In this document: piece after piece, positions 48,546 through 57,569 of the stretch
How the letters are laid out: the number at the start of each line of letters is the position of its first letter
How positions within the stretch are numbered: position 1 is the stretch's first letter
Virus record (IMG/VR): IMGVR_UViG_3300043466_001519
Location: 49,986-113,985 of that record
Source of the DNA: a virus
Lineage: Duplodnaviria > Caudoviricetes
Direction: 5' to 3' (one strand)
Length of the DNA: 64,000 nucleotides
Position numbers and translations under genes: made by a program
Notes under the pieces: generated by a model
The model's input: the letters and a program-made list of their open reading frames with translations, nothing else
The model's database searches: none
Told to the model about the DNA's origin: nothing

Positions 48546-49100
48546 ATGGCACAGTATGATCCTTCAAAAGAAATATGGAAGCCTATAGATGGTTTTGATA
48601 AATATTTTATATCTAATAAAGGTAGAGTCAAAAGTTTTAAATCAGGTAAAGAAAATATCTTAAATCCTAAAAAATTTAGATATAAAAAAGTAACATTAAG
48701 AAAAGATAATAAAGCTTATACTAAAAGTATTCATAGATTAGTTGCTTTACATTTTTTAAACAATAATGATGTAACTAAATCTGATAAGGTTGTAGATCAT
48801 AAATTTGGTAATACAGAAGATAATGACTTACAAAATTTACAAGTAATATCTCAAAGAGCAAATACATTAAAAGGTGATATATCAAATAAATCTGGATATG
48901 TAGGTGTTAGTTGGAGAGAAAATAGAAAATGTTGGAGAGTTAGAATTTTATATGATAAAAAAAGAGTAACTTTGGGATCTTTTAAAAATAAAGAAGATGC
49001 TATAAAATTACATAAACAATTTTTTAAAGATATAGAAACAGATAACTTCAATCTAGAAGAATATATTACAAATAGAAATATAAGAAATTCAATAAATTAA
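48546..49100 (+). CDS. NUMOD4-HNH-AP2 homing endonuclease
   Basis: EIWKPIDGF..Y.ISNKGRV; IHRLVA..F; VDH...N..DN...NL; SGYVGVSW...W...I....LGSF (AP2-like). Confidence 0.88.
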   Translation: MAQYDPSKEIWKPIDGFDKYFISNKGRVKSFKSGKENILNPKKFRYKKVTLRKDNKAYTKSIHRLVALHFLNNNDVTKSDKVVDHKFGNTEDNDLQNLQVISQRANTLKGDISNKSGYVGVSWRENRKCWRVRILYDKKRVTLGSFKNKEDAIKLHKQFFKDIETDNFNLEEYITNRNIRNSIN

Positions 49101-49126
49101 TAATAACTTTTAAAACCAAAAACAAA

Positions 49127-49378
49127 ATGGCAACTTACAATCCTAGTTCACGTTACACATGGACTCCTGAAGACACGTTCACATTAACAGGACAACAGTT
49201 TGGATTATTTTTAAACACAGTTAGAGCTTATTTATCATCAGAAGAAGCTGCAAGGTTTCAATTAATGATGCAAGCTAATCAGGCAATTGAAGAATTAATG
49301 ATTAAAGGTGTAGAAGCTGATATTATTAAGGAAGTAGAAGAACCACAAGTTCCTACAATGGAAGTTGTGAAAGAATAA
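49127..49378 (+). CDS. hypothetical protein (apparent target of the HNH insertion)
   Basis: 83-aa ORF; N-terminus MATYNPSS resembles MAQYDPSK at the start of the HNH. Confidence 0.75.
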   Translation: MATYNPSSRYTWTPEDTFTLTGQQFGLFLNTVRAYLSSEEAARFQLMMQANQAIEELMIKGVEADIIKEVEEPQVPTMEVVKE

Positions 49379-49433
49379 CAATACACCTGTTGGGTGACGA
49401 AGAACAGGTTTTCGATAACAAAAGCACTTCTCT

Positions 49434-49643
49434 ATGAGAATATATGAACCAAAGAATAGAATAGATGTTATAACACCAAAGGGAGAGGGTGTGATTTTTC
49501 TTGTGACAGATTATGGTCATGAGACAGACACCATCTATACAATTATAATTAATCAAACTGGTGAGATGTGGCAATACACTCACAAAGATATTATTGTTAA
49601 ACCCAATATAACATTTAAACGCTATGGCAATGAAAAAAAGTAA
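49434..49643 (+). CDS. hypothetical protein
   Basis: TPKGEG...DYG.E..TGE.W pattern; 69 aa. Confidence 0.7.
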   Translation: MRIYEPKNRIDVITPKGEGVIFLVTDYGHETDTIYTIIINQTGEMWQYTHKDIIVKPNITFKRYGNEKK

Positions 49644-49830
49644 GGCTGGAAGTCTAACAGCACTTAATTCCTCTACTAAAAGAGACAAAGGTATAGATCC
49701 TAAAGGAGCATACACCACTGTACAAAAGAAAGCATTAGCTGGTGCTAAAGGAAAAGCTTCTCTTACCAAAGATAAACAACTTGGTGCTACAAAGATGGCT
49801 AAGAAAGGAATATCTGTTAAAAAGAAATAA
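49624..49830 (+). CDS. small Lys-rich protein
   Basis: Highly basic; MAKKG motif. Confidence 0.7.
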   Translation: MAMKKSKAGSLTALNSSTKRDKGIDPKGAYTTVQKKALAGAKGKASLTKDKQLGATKMAKKGISVKKK

Positions 49831-49833
49831 GTC

Positions 49834-50196
49834 ATGGAAGCATCTTTTAATAAAGGAAAAAAAGTAACAAGACTTCAAGAAAAAGAAAACCGTCTTGTAA
49901 AAAAAGGTAACAAAGCTGTAGACGAAGGTAGGGACAAAAAAGCTAATAGAATTTTTGGGAGAGCTGCTAGAGTTGAAGATCGTAAAATTAAAATATCTGA
50001 AAAGATGAAATCGGGTGGTTCTATAGCTAAAGATGGTAAATGGATGCAGAAAGCTGCAGCTTCTATTAAGAAGCGTGGTACAAAAGGTGTTTGTACAGGA
50101 GCTAAATTTGGTGGACCAACATGCAAACCTGGATCTAAGCGTTATGCTTTGGCAAAAACATTCAAAAAGATTGCTAAATCTAATAAGAAGAAATAA
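49834..50196 (+). CDS. small Lys/Arg-rich protein
   Basis: MKSGG, AKDGKWMQKA, LAKTFKKIAK. Confidence 0.75.
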   Translation: MEASFNKGKKVTRLQEKENRLVKKGNKAVDEGRDKKANRIFGRAARVEDRKIKISEKMKSGGSIAKDGKWMQKAAASIKKRGTKGVCTGAKFGGPTCKPGSKRYALAKTFKKIAKSNKKK

Positions 50197-50198
50197 CC

Positions 50199-50570
50199 AT
50201 GGGAAAGATCACTAAAGTTCCAAACGGTCCTCTTATTAAAAAGAAAGGACAGTTTAAAGGCTCTACATTAAAGTCTGGTGGCAAGGTGAAGAAAGCTATG
50301 GTAGGAGCAATCATGTCATTGGCTGGAGGTAAAGATAATCCTATCTACAAGAAAACAACTGAGATGCGTGGTAAACTTGGTAGTGCTGCTCTTGGAATTC
50401 CTGGTATGAAACCAATAGTAAAGAATGGTAAGATGCTTAAACGTGCTGATGGTTCATATTCTAAACGTGGATTATGGGATAACATCAGAGCTAATAAAGG
50501 GAGTGGAAAGAAGCCTACTAAACAGATGCTTCAACAAGAGAAGAAGATTAAAGCTAAAACTAAGAAATAA
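50199..50570 (+). CDS. small Lys-rich protein
   Basis: LKSGG, VKNG, RGLWDNIR. Confidence 0.75.
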   Translation: MGKITKVPNGPLIKKKGQFKGSTLKSGGKVKKAMVGAIMSLAGGKDNPIYKKTTEMRGKLGSAALGIPGMKPIVKNGKMLKRADGSYSKRGLWDNIRANKGSGKKPTKQMLQQEKKIKAKTKK

Positions 50571-50839
50571 TGGCAACACCTGCATGGCAAAGAAAAGAAG
50601 GAAAGAATCCTTCTGGTGGTCTTAATAAGAAAGGTGTAGCATCTTATAGAAAAGCTAACCCTGGTAGCAAACTTAAAACTGCTGTAACTACTAAACCTTC
50701 TAAGTTAAAACCTGGAAGTAAAGCAGCTAATAGAAGAAAATCTTTTTGTGCTAGAATGGGTGGCGTAAAAGGTCCTATGAAGAAACCCAATGGTAAACCT
50801 ACAAGAAAAGCTCTTGCTCTTCGTAAATGGAATTGTTAA
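50570..50839 (+). CDS. small basic protein (DUF6321-like)
   Basis: AWQRKEGKNPSGGLN..G...RRKSFCARM...LRKWNC. Confidence 0.75.
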   Translation: MATPAWQRKEGKNPSGGLNKKGVASYRKANPGSKLKTAVTTKPSKLKPGSKAANRRKSFCARMGGVKGPMKKPNGKPTRKALALRKWNC

Positions 50840-50857
50840 CAATCAAAAAATATAATC

Positions 50858-51379
50858 ATGATACAACCAAAACCTAAAAAAAGTACAGCACCTAAAAAAC
50901 CTGTACAAAAGAAAAAATCTAATTCTCCTGTAGACATGTATAAAAACATGGTTGATCCTGCAACAGGTAAAAAAGGAACAATGGGTGGTGAAGGTACTCG
51001 CCCTCCTTTTACTTTAGAAGAAAGAAAAAAAATGCCTAAGGTAGGAAGCATGGGTTCTGCTAAGAATGGTAAAACTATGATGAAAGCTAAAAATGGTAAA
51101 TCATTTCCTGATTTAAATAAAGATGGAAAGGTTACTAGAGCAGACATCCTTAAAGGACGTGGTGTTATAGCTAAGAAAGGGGCTTCTGTTAAGAAGGCAC
51201 AAAATGGTGATACATTAAAACTAAAAGGACTTAGCAAAGAAAGAATGAAGGAAATGACAAAAATTCCTAAAAATACTTCTGTTAAAAAAATTATGGAAAA
51301 AGATAGAGCAAAGGATATTCCTAAAAAATTCATGAAAGCTGGTGGTAAAATGACAAAATGTAAATATGGCTGCAAGTAA
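50858..51379 (+). CDS. Lys-rich protein with EF-hand-like loop
   Basis: FPDLNKDGKVTRADIL; repeated AKNG/AKKG/AQNG/MKAGG. Confidence 0.75.
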   Translation: MIQPKPKKSTAPKKPVQKKKSNSPVDMYKNMVDPATGKKGTMGGEGTRPPFTLEERKKMPKVGSMGSAKNGKTMMKAKNGKSFPDLNKDGKVTRADILKGRGVIAKKGASVKKAQNGDTLKLKGLSKERMKEMTKIPKNTSVKKIMEKDRAKDIPKKFMKAGGKMTKCKYGCK

Positions 51380-51542
51380 ATCAATGACTTCTGGTAAAGC
51401 TAAGAAATCTGGTAAGCCTAGAATGGCTCCAAAGGTAGCTCCTCCTAAACCCATCAATGGAAATTTTATGAGAGAAGCTGACATTATTCAAAAAAGAAAG
51501 AGCCCTATGGCTCCAATGAAAAAGAAAAGTTTATCAAAATAA
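51366..51542 (+). CDS. small Lys/Pro-rich protein (58 aa)
   Basis: Not in ORF track; MAASKSMTSGKAKKSGKPRMAPK...KKKSLSK*. Confidence 0.6.
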   Translation: MAASKSMTSGKAKKSGKPRMAPKVAPPKPINGNFMREADIIQKRKSPMAPMKKKSLSK

Positions 51543-51572
51543 CACGCACCCATTTAGTCTTGTATTAAATGT

Positions 51573-51604
51573 AAAAGCCCTCTTAGTTGAGGGCTTTTTT
51601 TTTC
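51573..51604. terminator. bidirectional terminator at convergence of the two gene blocks
   Basis: AAAAGCCCTC-TTAGTT-GAGGGCTTTTTTTTT. Confidence 0.9.
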
Positions 51605-51605
51605 T

Positions 51606-52145
51606 TTATCTAAGAGTGTTATACACTGATAGCACTTTATTAATATATGATTTGTTTCTTGCTTTCTGATAGCACTTGTGTGCAAACACACCATCCGCAT
51701 CATATCTATTTAGTACCCATCGTGTATCTCCTATACAATTTACAGATGTTACAAAATTGTGACTATCTATGTTTCCTACAGATATATTAGTTCCTTCTAG
51801 TCTAATTGTTCCATCTTTGTTAGCTTGTTTAAAAGAAATAAAGTCTTCATTAGATTCATTCTTTATATTTTCCCATAGATCAGGATGCATCACTGTATCA
51901 TCATCGTTGAAATATATATGTCCATGTGTAACTAAATCAAGAGCAAAGTTTCTTTGAGCATTACCTGATGTACTATTAGCATCTTTGATAGCATACCATT
52001 CACAATTATCAGGAATGTTTTCTGGCATATTTAAAAGATCAAATACCACTATCCATCTATATTGATCTCTAGGGATATTTATACTCTTAGAAATAACATG
52101 TAGATTTTCTGGTCTACAAGACGGTGTTATAATATTTAAGAACAT
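51606..52145 (-). CDS. glycosyltransferase family 2-like
   Basis: IITP..R, WIVVFD, GNAQRN.AL, YFNDDD, ADG. Confidence 0.8.
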   Translation of the reverse strand: MFLNIITPSCRPENLHVISKSINIPRDQYRWIVVFDLLNMPENIPDNCEWYAIKDANSTSGNAQRNFALDLVTHGHIYFNDDDTVMHPDLWENIKNESNEDFISFKQANKDGTIRLEGTNISVGNIDSHNFVTSVNCIGDTRWVLNRYDADGVFAHKCYQKARNKSYINKVLSVYNTLR

Positions 52146-52792
52146 GGCTTATTGTTTCTATGTAATAAAAGTAGTTTATCATTATTCCATCCAGGAGAAT
52201 GTTTTAAATCATGATTAGCAACTATAAATGTAGCAGAAGAAAAATAATCTGATAAATGATCTATTGCTTTTGAATAATCTTCTTCGTTAGCATCAATAAA
52301 TATATCTTCTACAATTAAGAATCCTCCAGGTTTCAAATGTTTATATGCTACATTGATAAACTTAATCTGATCCTCAAACACATGTGTACTATCGTCAATT
52401 AGTATATCAAAATCACTTCCTGAATAAAGCAATCCTTCTTCAATAGACAATGGATTAGTAACATCCATTTTGAAATATGAACAATTAGGTATACTATCAC
52501 GAATAGCTTTATCTAATCTACTATCAAGCCATTCAAATCCATACAGTTTACCATTAGGAAAGAAATCTCTCCAAGAAAACATTGAATTGTTATCTAATAT
52601 ACCTACTTCTCCTACACGAATATTATTATATCTAATGTTAGAGAATAATAAACTGTATATAGCAGTGTAAGCATGTTTGTGTAAATCTTTATCAGTGTTG
52701 TATGGAGATTTGTCTGTTGGATATTTCACACCAAGCATACATAATTCTGTAATAGAATTAGTTGAGTCTATTGATATATTATTTATTTGCAT
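52136..52792 (-). CDS. class I SAM-dependent methyltransferase (MycE/sugar O-methyltransferase-like)
   Basis: TDK...HAY..IY, EVGI, W..FFP, DILIDDSTH, LKPGG..IVED. Confidence 0.8.
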   Translation of the reverse strand: MQINNISIDSTNSITELCMLGVKYPTDKSPYNTDKDLHKHAYTAIYSLLFSNIRYNNIRVGEVGILDNNSMFSWRDFFPNGKLYGFEWLDSRLDKAIRDSIPNCSYFKMDVTNPLSIEEGLLYSGSDFDILIDDSTHVFEDQIKFINVAYKHLKPGGFLIVEDIFIDANEEDYSKAIDHLSDYFSSATFIVANHDLKHSPGWNNDKLLLLHRNNKPCS

Positions 52793-53534
52793 TGATGTAG
52801 TCTTTTAGCATTTGTGCATAGTTTTTATTCCATTGAGGAGTGAGATGAACATCTCCTGTAGGGATCTGTCCTTTTCTTCTTAATTGTTCTACATATTGAC
52901 TATGTCTTTGTATGACGTTAGGTCTATCTGCAGTGTCTGTTCCCATACCTGATTGATGATATCCTCTACCGCCCCACATATAAAACCAAGAACATTCTTC
53001 ATTAGGAGGATCAGCTAATACCACTTTATCTCTTCCTAAGTTATGTATAGCTACAACTAACGTCATATCTCCACCAGCGTTCTCTATTGGACTCTTACCA
53101 ATTTCTTCCCAAGCTTTCTTGCTATATACAATACCTGAGTTACCAAGAGCCATCAATTGTGTTATGTTAGGTTCATTATAGAAGACACCATTTTGCCAAT
53201 GTAACAGATTAGTGTTTGGTTTCCAAAACTTAGCTATGTTAGATAGATGATTGCTTAATGCTACATCATCATCATCCCATACAGCAATAAGTTCTCCAGA
53301 ACATCTCTCTATAGCATAGTTTTCTTTCTCTCCAATAGTAGAGAATGTTTCATCCATATTATAAATTTTTATTTCTGGATGATCGTATACCAATTTTTGT
53401 AGAGGGTAGTCATTAACTATAATAAGTTCTTTCTTACCTGGATACTCTTGTAGGAGGAAACTTTGAATAGCTTCCTCCAGAGTATCTACTCTTCCATAGG
53501 TTATACATTTGCAACTAATGAAAGGATATTCCAT
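52779..53534 (-). CDS. glycosyltransferase family 2
   Basis: TYGR..L..AI.SFL.Q.Y..KELIIVND; IAVWDDDD; ATG 53534 preferred. Confidence 0.85.
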   Translation of the reverse strand: MEYPFISCKCITYGRVDTLEEAIQSFLLQEYPGKKELIIVNDYPLQKLVYDHPEIKIYNMDETFSTIGEKENYAIERCSGELIAVWDDDDVALSNHLSNIAKFWKPNTNLLHWQNGVFYNEPNITQLMALGNSGIVYSKKAWEEIGKSPIENAGGDMTLVVAIHNLGRDKVVLADPPNEECSWFYMWGGRGYHQSGMGTDTADRPNVIQRHSQYVEQLRRKGQIPTGDVHLTPQWNKNYAQMLKDYINANK

Positions 53535-53535
53535 A

Positions 53536-53826
53536 TTACCAAATATGTACAATGTCAAATATAGAAACTAACATAACATCTTCATTCTCTGACAAAGGAA
53601 TGATTAATGTTTTATCTCTTAATGCTGTAGGATCTACTAACACTTCACAACCAATAACAAGATCTGGATCTGTAATAGCTGTTCCTACACTGTGCACTTT
53701 CAATCTACTCATTTTCTTAAGTAGTTCTTTCTGCAACGCTTCTTTTGTATTCTCATCTACAATAAGCTTACTCTCTTCTTTCTTTGGCATCTCTAAATAG
53801 ATGCGATTTCCTAATAACTTTGCCAT
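53536..53826 (-). CDS. GroES-like co-chaperonin
   Basis: KLLGNRIYL, SKLIV mobile loop, V..VG, G.EVL, DI...W; 96 aa. Confidence 0.65.
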   Translation of the reverse strand: MAKLLGNRIYLEMPKKEESKLIVDENTKEALQKELLKKMSRLKVHSVGTAITDPDLVIGCEVLVDPTALRDKTLIIPLSENEDVMLVSIFDIVHIW

Positions 53827-53828
53827 TT

Positions 53829-54107
53829 TTATCCTTTGTATTCAGTTAGTTTAATAAATTTTTGTGCATCTTCAGCGTTTAGTTCAATCTCTGATTGTAC
53901 AGTTTCACGAACTTTTTTGAATCCTTTCATTCTGTTAGTCTTAAGATCAATGTCTGGTTGCTCTGTAACTCTCTCATTGAAGTCATCTAAGATGATGATT
54001 AATCCTCCTGCATCATTAGCTAATGTTCTAATGATTTTGTTAACGTTTAAAGAGGCTAAATACTCTTTGTCGCCAATCTTGGCTGTGTAAAAAAATTGGT
54101 TTCTCAT
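53829..54107 (-). CDS. hypothetical protein
   Basis: 92-aa ORF within the operon. Confidence 0.7.
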   Translation of the reverse strand: MRNQFFYTAKIGDKEYLASLNVNKIIRTLANDAGGLIIILDDFNERVTEQPDIDLKTNRMKGFKKVRETVQSEIELNAEDAQKFIKLTEYKG

Positions 54108-54122
54108 ATTACTTGTTTTTAA

Positions 54123-54386
54123 TTATTCGTCTTTGCCTGAGAAGTTAATCTCATCTAAAATTCCATTATATGTATGTAACGGAATAGATCCAGAAATTCT
54201 ATGAACTTCTTTTCCATCTTTCTTAAATACTAATGTAGGAACATTTCTTACATTATGTTGTCTAGCTATTTCCATATCTTTATCAATATCGATATTGGTA
54301 ATACCTTCAACTCCTTTTAGTGTTTCAGATAACACTCTACATGGGCCACACCATGTTGCACTAAATTTTAATACTTCTATGCTCAT
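54123..54386 (-). CDS. thioredoxin
   Basis: FSATWCGPC, VPT cis-Pro motif. Confidence 0.92.
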   Translation of the reverse strand: MSIEVLKFSATWCGPCRVLSETLKGVEGITNIDIDKDMEIARQHNVRNVPTLVFKKDGKEVHRISGSIPLHTYNGILDEINFSGKDE

Positions 54387-54387
54387 G

Positions 54388-55035
54388 TTAATTATATTCT
54401 AGGTCTAATATTTTACCCACAAGATCACTTCTGTGGTTTGCTTTAAGTTTAATCCATTCTATACCTTCTATCTTCTTAGAAAGCTCAATCGCATAAGAAA
54501 GTCCTGTATAGGATTCTTTAATATCCTTTTGCTCATTGTCACCATTAATGATGATTTTACCTGTTTTACCAAGTCTTGTTAGAATAGCTAACATTTCTCC
54601 TTTAGTTAGATTTTGTGCTTCTTCTACAACAAGAACATCATCAATTGTCTTTCCTCTAATAAACTGTACAGGATATGCTAAGATTTTTTTGTTCTTAACA
54701 AGTTCACCAATCTTCACTTTATCATAGCACTTCTCAAGGTTTTCTTGAAAAGCTTCTAAGTAAGGATTGAATTTGTCTTCTAGATCTCCTGGTAAAAATC
54801 CTAATGATCCACCCACTTCAATTGTAGCTCTAGTGACATAAACATGATTACATTGTTTTTTCATCAAGAAGTCTAAAGCTGATTGAGCACATATTAATGA
54901 CTTACCACTTCCAGCTCTACCAGTTACAATGACTATCTGATTGTTAATAATCAATTCTTTAGCAAGCTTTTGTTCTTCGTTAAGAGTGATATTATATTTA
55001 ATCTCACCCTTTCTTTCCCTGTTAGGTTCTTTCAT
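54388..55035 (-). CDS. phoH: PhoH-like ATPase
   Basis: GRAGSGKS, LGFLPG, IRG.T, EEAQN, LTRLG, GD..Q.D. Confidence 0.92.
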   Translation of the reverse strand: MKEPNRERKGEIKYNITLNEEQKLAKELIINNQIVIVTGRAGSGKSLICAQSALDFLMKKQCNHVYVTRATIEVGGSLGFLPGDLEDKFNPYLEAFQENLEKCYDKVKIGELVKNKKILAYPVQFIRGKTIDDVLVVEEAQNLTKGEMLAILTRLGKTGKIIINGDNEQKDIKESYTGLSYAIELSKKIEGIEWIKLKANHRSDLVGKILDLEYN

Positions 55036-55498
55036 ATTTGGTTAGTAAATAATTACGTCTTTTATTTACCTCTTCATATCTGTACATGTCGTTCTCAACA
55101 TTAGAATGCTCCTCTAGGGTCAAAAGTATGATATTTTCTTCATCTAGACAAGCTTCTGGATATTTTTCTTTAGGTAGAATGTGATGAAAGAACACACTTA
55201 ATGGTTCTTTTCCCAAAAATTTTCCACTAACAGCACTCTTTTTGTCACTTTTTTTCCAGTAAGAAATAAAAAACTCAAACATTTCAGCTGTTTTTAGTTT
55301 TTTTTCTATTTGTTTTGATAGTTTAGAAGAGGTTCTTTGCATGACATGTCCGTTATTATGAACATTTTTATCCTTATTGTATGAAATACTAGACATTCTA
55401 GTATTTAAGCCCTTACCAGATGATGGCAAGGGCTTTCTAGATTTATGAGCAAAACAATATTCACTGTCTGCATTTTTTCCACATACTTTACATTTCAT
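55022..55498 (-). CDS. HNH-like/NinG-like nuclease with N-terminal Zn finger
   Basis: CKVC...C..H; FHHILPK..YP.....ENI.LL...EH. Confidence 0.6.
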   Translation of the reverse strand: MKCKVCGKNADSEYCFAHKSRKPLPSSGKGLNTRMSSISYNKDKNVHNNGHVMQRTSSKLSKQIEKKLKTAEMFEFFISYWKKSDKKSAVSGKFLGKEPLSVFFHHILPKEKYPEACLDEENIILLTLEEHSNVENDMYRYEEVNKRRNYLLTKYERT

Positions 55499-55890
55499 TA
55501 TGTGTGTGATTGATTTTTCATAACAAAATCAATATGATCAGTAACAGTTCTTACTCCTCCAGAAATAGGAGGAATCATTTCTTTTGCATCATCTTTAACA
55601 AACTGACCTCCCACCATCTTACCTGTACGCTTAGAGATTACATTGTATGCACTCTCTAAACATTCTGTAAGTTTCAATCCTTGCATTTCTGCTTGGATGA
55701 TGATGGTTACTAATATGTCACCTAATGCATCAATCACTTCTGCTCTATTATCTGTATCGATTGCATCAATAAGTTCTTGCACTTCTTCTTCTGTTTTATC
55801 AGCTTGTGCTCTTGGTGTTCCATTCTCTAGAATACCTTTCTGTGCTGCCCATGCTATAACAAGAGCTTCTAATTCACCGTAACTTCTCAT
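55498..55890 (-). CDS. mazG: MazG-like NTP pyrophosphohydrolase
   Basis: K..EE..EL, DALGD, AYN.I..R.G. Confidence 0.85.
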   Translation of the reverse strand: MRSYGELEALVIAWAAQKGILENGTPRAQADKTEEEVQELIDAIDTDNRAEVIDALGDILVTIIIQAEMQGLKLTECLESAYNVISKRTGKMVGGQFVKDDAKEMIPPISGGVRTVTDHIDFVMKNQSHT

Positions 55891-56543
55891 AATTTAAACG
55901 CTTTAATGGTTTGTTCGAAGGGATTTCCTTCTATTGTTTTTACTAATTCTAACATTTGTTGTGCTAATTCTCTCACTTCCACTTGGGCATGTTCAGAATT
56001 TCTTAATCCTTGAAAATGTGCAAAGCTTCTAAAGTTGAATGATATATCCATTGTTATCTGGCTATTCATTGTTTTAAAGAATCTAGCTGATTCCTTAGCT
56101 CTCTTTCTTCCTAATATAGGAGAAAGATCTTCTAAACATTGATGATATAACTTATTCATTACAGCAGATTGTGTAGCTAATGTATCTGCCCAATGAGTTA
56201 AAATTCCATGTTCAGTAGAACTCTCATGTCCTAATAACCAATCTTCAGGAATATAAGTTTTGTCTTCTTTTAGTTCTTTGTATCTAGCACTCTCTCCATT
56301 TATACTTACACCAATACGATGCTTTAATAAATGAATGTGCGTAGCTTGGTCTACATTAACTAAGAAGTGCAATTGACTTTTCTCAAAAGGCGTATGATGT
56401 CCTTCTGAAGCTAACATACTTAATAGAGCAGGAATCCTTTGTTCTTTCTCTGGTGTAATTTCTCTAGATGTAGAAGTCCACGCAGAACTTGCGTGAATTC
56501 TATCATCTCCATAATATCCAATGAGTTCACATGTGTTGTTCAT
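55887..56543 (-). CDS. thyX: flavin-dependent thymidylate synthase
   Basis: H.TPFE, KHR....N.ESARY, KESAR, N.RS..HF..LR...HAQ.E.R. Confidence 0.92.
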   Translation of the reverse strand: MNNTCELIGYYGDDRIHASSAWTSTSREITPEKEQRIPALLSMLASEGHHTPFEKSQLHFLVNVDQATHIHLLKHRIGVSINGESARYKELKEDKTYIPEDWLLGHESSTEHGILTHWADTLATQSAVMNKLYHQCLEDLSPILGRKRAKESARFFKTMNSQITMDISFNFRSFAHFQGLRNSEHAQVEVRELAQQMLELVKTIEGNPFEQTIKAFKL

Positions 56544-56544
56544 T

Positions 56545-56793
56545 TTATTTTAAAATTAATGTTGATACTAATAATCCAAACATACTTCCAAATGCTGCAC
56601 CTAGTGCATACATTATTCTGTCAGTCAGTGTTCCAAAAGCCACCTTCTTTACATTCCAGCTCCAGATCAAAGAGATCATGAAAGCACACACAAACACTCC
56701 TAAGAAAAACTCTTTACTTAAGAAGTATGTATTAATTGCTACAAAGAACACTTGTACGAATCCTGTTGTAAATAATTTTATTTCATCTCTCAT
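56545..56793 (-). CDS. small membrane protein
   Basis: Three hydrophobic helices. Confidence 0.7.
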   Translation of the reverse strand: MRDEIKLFTTGFVQVFFVAINTYFLSKEFFLGVFVCAFMISLIWSWNVKKVAFGTLTDRIMYALGAAFGSMFGLLVSTLILK

Positions 56794-57569
56794 TAGAATC
56801 TTCCTAATTGGTCAGGATGTAAATCCTTAACGTTATCACTTTGCCAAAATTCTTTGGTATCTACATCCATAATAGTTAACTGACCATTCCAGCCAGCACC
56901 TGTATCCAGATTCCATAGATTTCCAAATTGCTTTGGTTCTCCATTCATTGCTGTATGGCCTATGTAGATTTCTTTAAATTGCTCAAGAGCTTTAAACTTA
57001 CCTGGTCGGTTTTTATCACCAAAAGCTGAACGTGCTCCTGATAATACACTTCTATCCCAATGACATTCTCTAGCTATACTTCCTGCATTAACAGATGCAT
57101 TTGCTTGTAACTCAAACATTGTTCTATCAGAAACATTTCCAACACTAAGTTCAATAGGTGTTAATGTGTAATCCCATCCAGCATGTATGAACAATCTATT
57201 CTCATCATCTATATACCAGTCAACTTGATTTTTCCAAAATGCTTTATGGGAGTCTTCAGTCATTTTACCTGTACGTACATAAGCATCTAATGTAGCTTGA
57301 CCACCTTGTTGTGTCCAAATAAGTGGTGTAGCACCCATTTCAAACCAATCATAACACCAAACATCATGATTACCACGTATGGCAACCAGATTCTTTATAG
57401 ACAACAATGTGTCTACACATTCAGGAACTTCATTCCATCCATCAGCTATATCTCCTAGAGAAATAAGTAGGTCTGACTCTTTGTCAAACCCACTTTTTTC
57501 TAACACTTGGAGAAGAGCTTTATTGGATCCATGGATGTCTCCACAGACCATTGTTCTTTGTTTCTTCAT
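56793..57569 (-). CDS. metallophosphoesterase (Ser/Thr phosphatase-like)
   Basis: GDIHG, GDIAD, GNHD, HAG, GHT, DTGA. Confidence 0.9.
   Translation of the reverse strand: MKKQRTMVCGDIHGSNKALLQVLEKSGFDKESDLLISLGDIADGWNEVPECVDTLLSIKNLVAIRGNHDVWCYDWFEMGATPLIWTQQGGQATLDAYVRTGKMTEDSHKAFWKNQVDWYIDDENRLFIHAGWDYTLTPIELSVGNVSDRTMFELQANASVNAGSIARECHWDRSVLSGARSAFGDKNRPGKFKALEQFKEIYIGHTAMNGEPKQFGNLWNLDTGAGWNGQLTIMDVDTKEFWQSDNVKDLHPDQLGRF

Noticed and set aside
49385-49409. Hairpin ACCTGTT...AACAGGT as tRNA/ncRNA or terminator
   Set aside because: Too short, no cloverleaf and only a weak U-tract; cannot be supported
49353-51484. Minus-strand ORFs over the Lys-rich cluster (e.g. 50836-51384)
   Set aside because: Phe/Leu-rich mirror of AAA/AAG codons; plus-strand genes are coupled and end at the terminator
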